Source of the DNA: Bacteroidia bacterium
Lineage (GTDB): Bacteria > Bacteroidota > Bacteroidia > CAIKAF01
Direction: 5' to 3'
Length of the DNA stretch: 64,000 nt
Assembly: GCA_030427255.1 (NCBI GenBank)
Contig: JAUHWY010000018.1
Span: 2,359 to 66,358, forward strand
The stretch's first letter is position 1, and every line of letters starts with the position of its first letter. The position numbers were made by a program, and so were the translations under genes. Under the pieces are notes generated by a model, which did no database searches, was not told where the DNA came from, and saw nothing but the letters and a program-made list of their open reading frames with translations. Shown piece after piece: positions 30,326 to 39,039 of the stretch.

Positions 30326-32212
30326 GTGTGCGGAATTAGTGGGGCATGTTTTTTTGAGGGGCCAAAGCGAGAGCTTATGGAGGCCTCTCTTAAAAAACTA
30401 GCCCAAAGAGGGCCGGATTTTTCAAAACAGGTAGAGGTTGGCCCCTGGCTCTTTGGGCACGCTCGCCTTTCCATTATAGATACATCTACCGCTGCTCACC
30501 AACCTATTTCCGATGAGTCCGGAAGATACTGGTTGGTGTTTAATGGAGAAATTTACAATTTCAAGGAACTAAGGGATAAGCTTAGAGCAAAGGGATTTAG
30601 TTTTTCATCTAGCGGCGATACGGAAGTATTGCTTAAAGGCTTAATAGCTTGGGGTGAGGATTTGCTTCCTCAGCTGAATGGCTTTTTTGCCTTTGCATTT
30701 TACGATGCTCAAACGGAGGAGCTACTGTTGGTCCGCGACCGGATGGGTATTAAGCCTCTTTGGTATACCCAAAATACCCGGGGCTTTTTCTTTGCTTCAG
30801 AGCAAAAAGCACTGTATCCATTTGGAGTAACTAAAGAATTAAACCCTTTGTCCCTTAGGATGTACTTCCGAATGGGCTATATACCCGGGGCGGATGGCGT
30901 TTTTAAAGAAGTGCATCAATTGCTTCCGGGACATTTGATGCGTTTTCGAAATGGAAAGCCTAGCCAACCAAGTGCATGGTATAGCTTGCCCGAAACTCGA
31001 ACAGGTTTTTTATTTCAGCCTAATTCATGGAACGAGGCTTGTCATCAGGTGAGAGAGCTGACCGAAGCTGCTGTTCGCGACCGCTTAGTTTCGGACGTGC
31101 CTTTGGGAAGTTTTTTAAGCGGTGGAATAGACTCTTCGGTGGTGGTGGCTGCTGCAAGCCAATACACCAACAAGCTCCACACCTTTTCCATCGGTTTTAG
31201 AGACCAACCTTATTTTGATGAAACCCGCTACGCCGAAGAGGTTGCCCAAAAATTCAATACCAACCACAGGGTCTTTAGTTTAACCAGCGATGATTTATTG
31301 GCCGAAGTAGACCATATGTTGGATTACTTAGATATGCCCTTTGGTGACAGCTCGGCTTTGCCTGTGTATATTTTGAGTAAGGAAACTTCCAAGCATGTTA
31401 CGGTGGCTTTATCCGGAGACGGAGGCGATGAACTATTTAGCGGTTACCATAAGCATCGCGGGGAATGGCTGGCAAGAAAGCATAAAAGCAAAATATCCGC
31501 CTTGCAGTGGATGTTGCCCATATTGAACCTTTTGCCTGCTTCTCGACAGAGCACTTTAGGAAATAAAGTCAGGCAAATTAAGAAGCTCTTGAGGGCGGGT
31601 ACGCTTTCGCCTTTTGAACGTTACCGCTTGTTGGCCGGGGTAGAGTCCGACCAGTGGCCCGAAGAACTTTTACGTGCCCCTGCGGCCTTAGAAGAAGAGC
31701 GAAGCTTTCTTCTGGATTTGCTCGGAGACTTTCCAAACCCGGGAAGCCTTAACGATGTATTGCGTGCCGACCTATCTATGGTTTTGCCCTACGATATGCT
31801 TACCAAAGTAGACTTAATGAGTATGGCGCATAGTTTGGAAGTGCGTGTACCTTTGTTGGACTACCGCTTGGTGAACTTTGTTCATGGCTTACCTCAAGCA
31901 TTTAAAATGGACGGGCGCCAAAAGAAAAAGTTATTGATTGCCGCCTTTTTTGACCTCCTGCCCGAGGCGGTATACAATAGACCAAAAAAGGGCTTTGAAG
32001 TCCCTCTTTTGGAATGGTTTAGAGGCCCTATGGAGCAAAAGCTCAGGTCTACCCTGGATTTGGATAAAATTGAAGCCCAAGGTGTGCTAAATCCTAAATC
32101 TGTGGCTCATTTGCTTGACCGCTTGCATGCTCCAAACCCCGGAGAGCTTCATTTTAAACTTTGGACCTTGATAGTTTGGCAAAGTTTTTATGATCAGCAT
32201 TTTACAGATTGA
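30326..32212 (+). CDS. asnB: Asparagine synthase (glutamine-hydrolysing) / polysaccharide amidotransferase
   Basis: GTG start, Cys2 MCGI, RGPD, FNGEIYN, LSGGIDSS, SGDGGDE, KKGF. Confidence 0.92.
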   Translation: MCGISGACFFEGPKRELMEASLKKLAQRGPDFSKQVEVGPWLFGHARLSIIDTSTAAHQPISDESGRYWLVFNGEIYNFKELRDKLRAKGFSFSSSGDTEVLLKGLIAWGEDLLPQLNGFFAFAFYDAQTEELLLVRDRMGIKPLWYTQNTRGFFFASEQKALYPFGVTKELNPLSLRMYFRMGYIPGADGVFKEVHQLLPGHLMRFRNGKPSQPSAWYSLPETRTGFLFQPNSWNEACHQVRELTEAAVRDRLVSDVPLGSFLSGGIDSSVVVAAASQYTNKLHTFSIGFRDQPYFDETRYAEEVAQKFNTNHRVFSLTSDDLLAEVDHMLDYLDMPFGDSSALPVYILSKETSKHVTVALSGDGGDELFSGYHKHRGEWLARKHKSKISALQWMLPILNLLPASRQSTLGNKVRQIKKLLRAGTLSPFERYRLLAGVESDQWPEELLRAPAALEEERSFLLDLLGDFPNPGSLNDVLRADLSMVLPYDMLTKVDLMSMAHSLEVRVPLLDYRLVNFVHGLPQAFKMDGRQKKKLLIAAFFDLLPEAVYNRPKKGFEVPLLEWFRGPMEQKLRSTLDLDKIEAQGVLNPKSVAHLLDRLHAPNPGELHFKLWTLIVWQSFYDQHFTD

Positions 32213-32284
32213 CTTTCGCTTTTTTAGAGGAATAATAGGTTAACTCCATTTTTTGGAATAGTTTTGTTGAAAACTAATCCTACT

Positions 32285-33502
32285 ATGCCTAAAGTTCTCC
32301 GAATCATAAATCGGTTTAATTTAGGTGGGCCCACGTACAATGCGGCTTATCTAACCAAACACCTGGGAGAGGAATACAGAACGGTATTGATTGGTGGAGA
32401 TAAGGAAGAAAACGAAGACTCTTCAGATTTTATTTTAAAACAAATTGGGGTTAAACCCATTTTAATCCCCGAAATGCGTCGCTCTATTAGTTACAACAGC
32501 GACATCCGGGCATACTATAAAATTAAACACATCATAGATCGGTTCAAACCCGATATTGTGCATACCCACGCAAGTAAAGCAGGAAGCTTAGGGCGCATGG
32601 CTGCTCGGAATGCAGGAGTCCCCGTAATTGTCCATACCTTTCATGGACATGTGTTCCACTCTTATTTTGGCAAAACCAAAACCACTATTTATAAGCAGAT
32701 TGAGCGCAGACTGGCCAAGGCCTCTACACGAATAATCGCTCTCTCAGAAAAGCAAAAATTTGAGTTGTCTCAAGAACACCGCATTTGTTCTCCGGAAAAA
32801 ATCTCTGTAATTCCTCTTGGGTTTGATTTGCAAAGGTTTCAAGAAAACAAAGAGGAAAAACGCAAAGCTTTTAGAGCTAAGTATCATGTTGCCGACGATG
32901 AGGTAGCTATTGGCATTGTGGGAAGGTTGGTGCCGGTAAAAAACCATGATTTCTTTCTAATGGCCATTAAAAAGGTGCTCGATCATAAACCCGGAAAGGT
33001 AAAAGCCTTTATTGTAGGTGATGGAGAACGCAAAGAGGATTTGTTGATGTTGGCCGGCCAACTCGATATTCCCTTTGCCGTGGGGCCTGAAAATGCAGCC
33101 GGAAAGCCCTTGGTTTTTACAAGTTGGGAAAAGCAAGTGGATATGGTAAACGCAGGCTTGGATATTGTATGCCTTACTTCACTCAATGAGGGTACGCCCG
33201 TGAGTCTAATTGAAGCCCAAGCATCCGGAAAGCCGGTGGTTTCTACCCAAGTAGGCGGTATAGAAAATGTGGTGTTGGCCGACCAAACAGCGCTTTTGTC
33301 CCCAAAAGACGATTTAGACCTGTTCTCCAGAAACCTTTTGCAACTCATCGTTTCTCCTGAACAACGCGAACTCATGGGGCAACAAGGTTGGGATTGGGTT
33401 TCCGACCGCTTCCATTACACCCGATTGGTGAGGGATATGCGCAACCTTTATGAGGAACTGCTCATGAAGCAAAGCCCCAGCCTTCATCATAAGGTATTGT
33501 AA
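32285..33502 (+). CDS. Glycosyltransferase family 4
   Basis: HTHASKAG, GRLVPVKN, EGTPVSLIEA (EX7E). Confidence 0.9.
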   Translation: MPKVLRIINRFNLGGPTYNAAYLTKHLGEEYRTVLIGGDKEENEDSSDFILKQIGVKPILIPEMRRSISYNSDIRAYYKIKHIIDRFKPDIVHTHASKAGSLGRMAARNAGVPVIVHTFHGHVFHSYFGKTKTTIYKQIERRLAKASTRIIALSEKQKFELSQEHRICSPEKISVIPLGFDLQRFQENKEEKRKAFRAKYHVADDEVAIGIVGRLVPVKNHDFFLMAIKKVLDHKPGKVKAFIVGDGERKEDLLMLAGQLDIPFAVGPENAAGKPLVFTSWEKQVDMVNAGLDIVCLTSLNEGTPVSLIEAQASGKPVVSTQVGGIENVVLADQTALLSPKDDLDLFSRNLLQLIVSPEQRELMGQQGWDWVSDRFHYTRLVRDMRNLYEELLMKQSPSLHHKVL

Positions 33503-33562
33503 TTTGCTGTTTACTTGGGCTTCAGCCGCTGTTTTTACTACCTTTGCCCGAAACACATCGAG

Positions 33563-34327
33563 GTGAGATTTCCGTATATATTTTTAGGAGGCTTGGCCAT
33601 GTTGCTTTTCGCTTGCAAAGCCATGAACCCAAGTATTATGCTTAGAACTCCTAAGGATTTTCAATACGATGCCTTTCCACAACAACCCGATTCCTCTTAC
33701 CGAATTGCCCCCAACGACAGACTATCCATGCAAATTCTTGGAGATGGTGGAGAACTCTACCTCAACCTAAGACGCGGCGGGCAAACCATGAATTTTAATC
33801 AGCTTGAGGTTTTGGTAGAATACGACGGTATGGCCAAACTTCCGGTACTTGGTCGCATTCCACTGGAAGGGCTCACCAAACGCGAAGCCGAAATCTATGT
33901 TGAAGACCTGTTTGAACAAACAGAAATCAACCGACCCTACGTTACCATTAATGTAACGAACCGACAAGTAATTGTTTTTCCCGGAACGGGAAGCAATGCA
34001 CAGGTTGTGCCCTTTGCACGCGAAAATATGAACCTCTTTGAGGCATTGGCTCAAGTTGGAGGAATCAATACCTTGGGCCGTGCCGACAAAATAAAACTAA
34101 TTCGAGGGGATTTTAAAAATCCACAAGTTTATCTTATTGACCTTTCCACTATTGACGGCATGAAACACGCCGACCTGTCCTTGCAAGCCAACGATGTAAT
34201 TTATGTGGAGCCTAGAAGACGACCCGTAGAACTCTTCCTTCAAAGCATTCAACCTTATTTGGCAACACTTACCGCTCTCATGAGCGTAGCAACTACCATT
34301 ATTGTAGTTCAAACGCTAAGCAATTGA
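33563..34327 (+). CDS. wza: Polysaccharide export outer-membrane lipoprotein
   Basis: Lipobox LLFAC, YRIAPNDRL, LQANDVIYVEP; TACCTTTG at 33539-33546 supports GTG start at 33563. Confidence 0.85.
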   Translation: MRFPYIFLGGLAMLLFACKAMNPSIMLRTPKDFQYDAFPQQPDSSYRIAPNDRLSMQILGDGGELYLNLRRGGQTMNFNQLEVLVEYDGMAKLPVLGRIPLEGLTKREAEIYVEDLFEQTEINRPYVTINVTNRQVIVFPGTGSNAQVVPFARENMNLFEALAQVGGINTLGRADKIKLIRGDFKNPQVYLIDLSTIDGMKHADLSLQANDVIYVEPRRRPVELFLQSIQPYLATLTALMSVATTIIVVQTLSN

Positions 34328-34328
34328 T

Positions 34329-36875
34329 ATGGAAAAAAGACCGGTATCTTCCATAAATCAAGACTTGGATGTAGGCCTACTGCTTATGATGGTCCGGAAA
34401 TCCTTCTGGATTATTGTTCTATTGCTAACGCTCTCTGCGCTTTCGGTGTATGTGTACCTTAGGTATTCTGACCCCTTGTACGATGCGGAAACCATCATTC
34501 AGCTCACCGAAGACTCCAACGAAAGACCAAATTTCTTTAAAGGCGAAACCCTTTACGATGTGGATTTGGCCCGCGAAATCGAATTGCTCCGCTCTCCGGT
34601 ATTTCTAGATAGAGTGCTGGACTCCCTCGATTTACGCATTACCTACTACAGAAAAGGGGCGCTTAGGTCCACCGACTACTACAACCAAGCTCCTTACCAA
34701 GTGCAGGTGGTGTTTATGGACCCTATTTTGTACGGAACTCCCTTTACCATTGCCTCAGGTCAGGAAACCCTGTCTTTAACCTACGCAATCAACGAAGAAG
34801 AGGTGGTTTTGCCTATTTCCAGAACCGGTGTAGTAGAAGGACCTCAATTTAAGTTCAACATTCTTTTGCCCAAAGACAATGTGTTTGAACAGACCAACGA
34901 CCCTTATCTTTTTGTGGTAAACGATCCAAACAAGCTTAGAGCCACCTTTTTGCCTAACCTTAGGGTCGAACTTCACAGCGAATCAGCCAAAACCATAAAA
35001 ATCAGCACGCGTGACGTGAACGCTTCTCGTGCCGCAGATTTGGTAAACGGAATCGCCATAGCCTACGAATCCTTTTATTTGGAAAATAAGCAGGAAAGCG
35101 CCAATAAAATGCTGCGCTACATCGACGAAACTCTGGGCTTGCTGCGCGATCGTTTGGCCGAATCCGACTCCTCTCTCACCATTTTTAAAAAGCGGAATAA
35201 TTTGCTCGAAGACAAAAACAGTCCCTTCGACCAAAATTATTTTGCTTTGCTCCAATCCCTGAAAGAAAAGCAGCTAAACGACCAAGTAAACCTCAGGGTT
35301 ACTCGAAATACCTTTAGAATTCTGAGCGAAGGCAACCCCACCAATCAGGAAATTATTAGTTATACAGCCCAAATAGAAGGAGCTCCCACCATAGGTTCTC
35401 TTGCCGAGGAAATTCGCACCAAAGAAATTGAGAAGGAAGAGGCCTTGTTTACCTACAAAAAATCAAGTGCCGAAATTGAGCGCCTCAACTATACCATTAA
35501 AATTTATAGAGAACAGCTCATGGAAGCCATTGCTTCCTTTATTCGAACTCTGGAATTTAAAATTTCCGACAATCAACAACGTATTGCTGCTCTTGAAACC
35601 CAATTGTACCAAGAGCAAGGAATTGCAGATTATGTGGAGCTCTCCAGACTTCAACGCACCTTCGAAGTCAACGAGAAATACTACAATCAGCTTATTGAAC
35701 AAAAAGCAGAATACAGCTTAGCAAGAGAAGGTTATTCGCCTCCTTATCGCGTGCTAAGTTACAGCCCGGTGCCCCAAAGTCCGGTATCGCCTAACCAACC
35801 TTTGGTTATTGGCGGAGGCATTGGTGCCTGGTTCATTATTTCTGCCATGATTGTAATCTTGCGCTACCTTTTCTTCAACCAAATTTTAGGTACCGAAGAT
35901 ATCCGCAAGCATTCCCAGGCGCCCGGCCTAGGCGGCGTGCAACAAGTAAAGGGCGATTTCCCAATTTCTCAGTTGGTGGTGGACAAACGACCTAAATCTG
36001 CCATTGCCGAGGCCTTTCGAAACATCCGATCCAACCTAGATTTCCTCGACCCTTCTCCAAGCTCAAAACTGGTTGCAGTAACTTCTACCATTTCAGGGGA
36101 AGGAAAAACTTTTGTGGCCATTAACCTTGCCGGTATTTTAAACTTGGCAGGAAAAAAAGTGGTGGTTATCGATGGCGATATGCGAAAGCCTAAAATTCAC
36201 CTTGGATTTAATTCGCCCAACGAAAAAGGCCTAAGCACCTTGTTGATTGGCCGAAATACCCTGGATGAGTGCATTAGGCATTCCGAACTTCCGGGCCTGG
36301 ATTACATTACTGCCGGACCTATTCCTCCAAACCCGAGCGAACTCATCCTATCTAAAAAAATGGACGAGTTCTTTGATGAACTCCTCCGCCGGTACGATAT
36401 GGTTATTATGGATAACCCACCCATAGGTATTGTAACCGACGGTATTCCTACCCTGCGAAGAGCCGATTTCCCTATTTATGTATTCCGTGCCGGATATTCT
36501 CGTAAGTTCTTTATAAACAACCTAAACCACCTCATTGCCGAAAGCAACATTAAGGGAATGTCCTACATTGTAAACGGTCTAAAACCCGGTGGAAGAGGCA
36601 ATAAATCTTATGGTTACGGCTATGGATATGGTTATGGCTACGGCTACGGCTATGGCTATGGCTACACCAACGAAGAGGAAACCAACGACTATACACAATA
36701 TTCAGAAGCTCCTAAAAATCAGGCAACTGAAAACGATAACGACTTTGAAGCAGAACTCATGGTGGGTGCTTCTTCCAAGACCTCCAATCAACATGCACAG
36801 CATTCTTCTACATTTGATAGTTTTGACGATGAGCCATTCCTTAAAAAATTGCTCAAAAAAATCTTTAAACGATAG
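34329..36875 (+). CDS. wzc: Polysaccharide co-polymerase / BY-kinase
   Basis: Two TM segments, Walker A SGEGKT, DGDMRKP, PPNPSEL, (YG)9Y tyrosine cluster. Confidence 0.92.
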   Translation: MEKRPVSSINQDLDVGLLLMMVRKSFWIIVLLLTLSALSVYVYLRYSDPLYDAETIIQLTEDSNERPNFFKGETLYDVDLAREIELLRSPVFLDRVLDSLDLRITYYRKGALRSTDYYNQAPYQVQVVFMDPILYGTPFTIASGQETLSLTYAINEEEVVLPISRTGVVEGPQFKFNILLPKDNVFEQTNDPYLFVVNDPNKLRATFLPNLRVELHSESAKTIKISTRDVNASRAADLVNGIAIAYESFYLENKQESANKMLRYIDETLGLLRDRLAESDSSLTIFKKRNNLLEDKNSPFDQNYFALLQSLKEKQLNDQVNLRVTRNTFRILSEGNPTNQEIISYTAQIEGAPTIGSLAEEIRTKEIEKEEALFTYKKSSAEIERLNYTIKIYREQLMEAIASFIRTLEFKISDNQQRIAALETQLYQEQGIADYVELSRLQRTFEVNEKYYNQLIEQKAEYSLAREGYSPPYRVLSYSPVPQSPVSPNQPLVIGGGIGAWFIISAMIVILRYLFFNQILGTEDIRKHSQAPGLGGVQQVKGDFPISQLVVDKRPKSAIAEAFRNIRSNLDFLDPSPSSKLVAVTSTISGEGKTFVAINLAGILNLAGKKVVVIDGDMRKPKIHLGFNSPNEKGLSTLLIGRNTLDECIRHSELPGLDYITAGPIPPNPSELILSKKMDEFFDELLRRYDMVIMDNPPIGIVTDGIPTLRRADFPIYVFRAGYSRKFFINNLNHLIAESNIKGMSYIVNGLKPGGRGNKSYGYGYGYGYGYGYGYGYGYTNEEETNDYTQYSEAPKNQATENDNDFEAELMVGASSKTSNQHAQHSSTFDSFDDEPFLKKLLKKIFKR

Positions 36876-36883
36876 TTTGTTTC

Positions 36884-37429
36884 ATGGAGCTTATCGATAA
36901 TCAACTCAATGGATTGATGCTCTTCCGTCCTCCTTGTTTTCAGGACGATAGGGGATATTTCATGGAAACCTTTCACATGGAAAAGCTCCATGCTTTAGGC
37001 CTCAATGAATCCTTCGTTCAAGACAATGAGTCAATGTCCGACAAAGGCGTGTTGCGTGGTTTGCATTTTCAGGCGCCTCCCTACGCGCAAGGAAAGCTAA
37101 TTCGGGTAATCCAAGGAGCGGTATTGGATGTGGCTTTGGATATTCGCTCAAGCTCACCCACCTACGGCCAATTCAGAACCTTTGAACTTTCGGCCGAAAA
37201 CAAACATATGCTCTTTTTGCCTCCGGGCTTTGCCCATGGCTTTTTGTCCCTGCAAGACCAAACCATTTTTTCCTATAAGTGCACCAACGTTTACCATAAG
37301 CCCTCCGAGGGAGCTATTTTATGGAACGACCCCGACCTAGACATCCCATGGAATATTGATCAGGCCATTGTTTCGGCCAAAGACCAAGCAGCCCAGCCAT
37401 TCCGCGATTTTGTTTCGCCATTTCCTTGA
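36884..37429 (+). CDS. rfbC: dTDP-4-dehydrorhamnose 3,5-epimerase
   Basis: DDRGYF, VLRGLHFQ, GFAHGF, WNDPDL. Confidence 0.95.
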   Translation: MELIDNQLNGLMLFRPPCFQDDRGYFMETFHMEKLHALGLNESFVQDNESMSDKGVLRGLHFQAPPYAQGKLIRVIQGAVLDVALDIRSSSPTYGQFRTFELSAENKHMLFLPPGFAHGFLSLQDQTIFSYKCTNVYHKPSEGAILWNDPDLDIPWNIDQAIVSAKDQAAQPFRDFVSPFP

Positions 37430-38529
37430 TCTTTTCTACTATGATTCAATCTACGCTGCTTGTCCTTTTGTTGTTTGCTCTTATTAGTGCGGGTGTATCG
37501 CTTTTTATTAATGCATTATTGCTTAAGTTTTCTACCAATTTGGGCACCCGAAACACCGCAGGCTTGGTGCGTTGGTCAAGTCAGGTAAAGCCTTCTGTAG
37601 GTGGAATTTCCTTTTTTATTATTTTCCTCATGTCGCTGGTCTTTGGGCTTATTTATACCCCGGACCTTCAGTCAAACCTGCCTTTGCTGGGATTTTCCGC
37701 AGCCGTAGGCCTTGGTTTTCTCATTGGCCTGGCCGACGATGCCTACAATACCAAACCTCTCCTAAAATTCTCCGGCCAAGTGGCCTGTGGAATTATTCTC
37801 ATTGCCTCAGGCATTACCATTGACCTTTTCCCCCAAAAGGGCTTCGATGAGGCACTAACTTTGTTGTGGACAGTCGGCATTATGAACTCCGTAAATATGC
37901 TCGACAATATGGATGGAATTACCGCCTCCACCTCGCTTTCCATCACCGGAGGACTCACCCTAATGCATTTGGTGCAACCGGAGGCTCCAATGAGTGTGTT
38001 TTTTGTGCTGCTTCTAGGGGTTTCAGCCGGTTTGGCAGGCTTTTTGTACTACAATTGGAACCCAAGCCGAATGTTCATGGGCGACACCGGCAGCCAATTT
38101 CTGGGCGTGTTCCTGGCGGGAATGTCCGTTATTTACCTTTGGAACGGACAGTGGGTGCCGGGAGCCAATGGTGCATTCACTCAAGAACCGTTGCGTGCCT
38201 TTCTTTTGGTGTGGCTGTTTTTCTTAGTCCCCATTGCCGACACCACCACCGTGTCCATCAACCGCTTAATGAAAGGCAAGTCGCCCTTTGTTGGCGGACG
38301 CGACCACACCACCCATCATTTGGTTTACCTTGGACTAAAAGATAGACACGTGGCTTCTTTATTGCTGCTTATTTCCCTCGCCGGAGCTATGCTTGCTATT
38401 TGGTTTATTTTACCTGCTCCACAGCTCAATTTGTGGCACTTAATTATTGGATTTGGCCTTTGTTTGCTAAGTCTCATTGGCCTGTACAGCACCACTTGGC
38501 TGGCTAAGGCTCCCGAGCCGAAAAAATGA
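37426..38529 (+). CDS. Undecaprenyl-phosphate GlcNAc-1-phosphate transferase (WecA/MraY family)
   Basis: GLADD, NSVNMLDNMDG, FMGDTGS, DHTTHHL. Confidence 0.88.
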   Translation: MIFSTMIQSTLLVLLLFALISAGVSLFINALLLKFSTNLGTRNTAGLVRWSSQVKPSVGGISFFIIFLMSLVFGLIYTPDLQSNLPLLGFSAAVGLGFLIGLADDAYNTKPLLKFSGQVACGIILIASGITIDLFPQKGFDEALTLLWTVGIMNSVNMLDNMDGITASTSLSITGGLTLMHLVQPEAPMSVFFVLLLGVSAGLAGFLYYNWNPSRMFMGDTGSQFLGVFLAGMSVIYLWNGQWVPGANGAFTQEPLRAFLLVWLFFLVPIADTTTVSINRLMKGKSPFVGGRDHTTHHLVYLGLKDRHVASLLLLISLAGAMLAIWFILPAPQLNLWHLIIGFGLCLLSLIGLYSTTWLAKAPEPKK

Positions 38530-38531
38530 TG

Positions 38532-38687
38532 TTTTTTTTGGGCGCCTTTTGGGGCCCTCGCTGCAAGTCCTCGGCTTGGGCGCACGGAGCGCTAAGGCTT
38601 GCGGGGGCTCCGCAAAGCTCCGCCTCCACAGCCCAAGCGCTCCGGCGCCCAAGCCTCCGGGCTTTCCGCATCGGTCCCCGGCGCAGA
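38532..38687 (+). repeat. GC-rich long-hairpin repeat, family A
   Basis: TTTTTTGGGCG...CTGCAAGTCCT, stem GGCTTGGGCGC..GGAGCGC/GCGCTCC..GCGCCCAAGCC, apex TCCGCAAAGCTCC, CCGGGCTTTCCG. Confidence 0.78.
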
Positions 38688-38735
38688 ATCTCTATACTTT
38701 GGTAGACCATCTAAACCTTAGGGTTTAGTACATTC

Positions 38736-38887
38736 CAAAGAATGGCCCCCCGGCCCGGGTGGACGCCCACGCTGCGGCAGGCCTTAGGTTCGGCCCGGCC
38801 TTACTAGTGGAGCTTTGCGGAACTCAGTAAGGCCGGATTGCCGACCTTAGGCCTGCCGCAGTGAGGCTGGAACCAGGGGCCGATAGA
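38736..38887 (+). repeat. GC-rich long-hairpin repeat, family B
   Basis: CAAAGAATGGCCCCCCGGCC start, stems CTGCGGCAGGCCT/AGGCCTGCCGCAG and CCGGCCTTACT/AGTAAGGCCGG, apex GGAGCTTTGCGGA, GGGGCCGATAGA end. Confidence 0.78.
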
Positions 38888-39039
38888 TGCAAAAAATGCG
38901 CTTATGGAATAGGGCCCAAAAAACCGCTTTTCGTGTAAGAGCAGCAGCCATTTCAGTCTAAAAATTAGCTTATTTCCCCTAACTTCGTGCGGCTTTGGCC
39001 TATCCTAAACAAAGAGGCCTCTATAGCGGTTATCGACGC

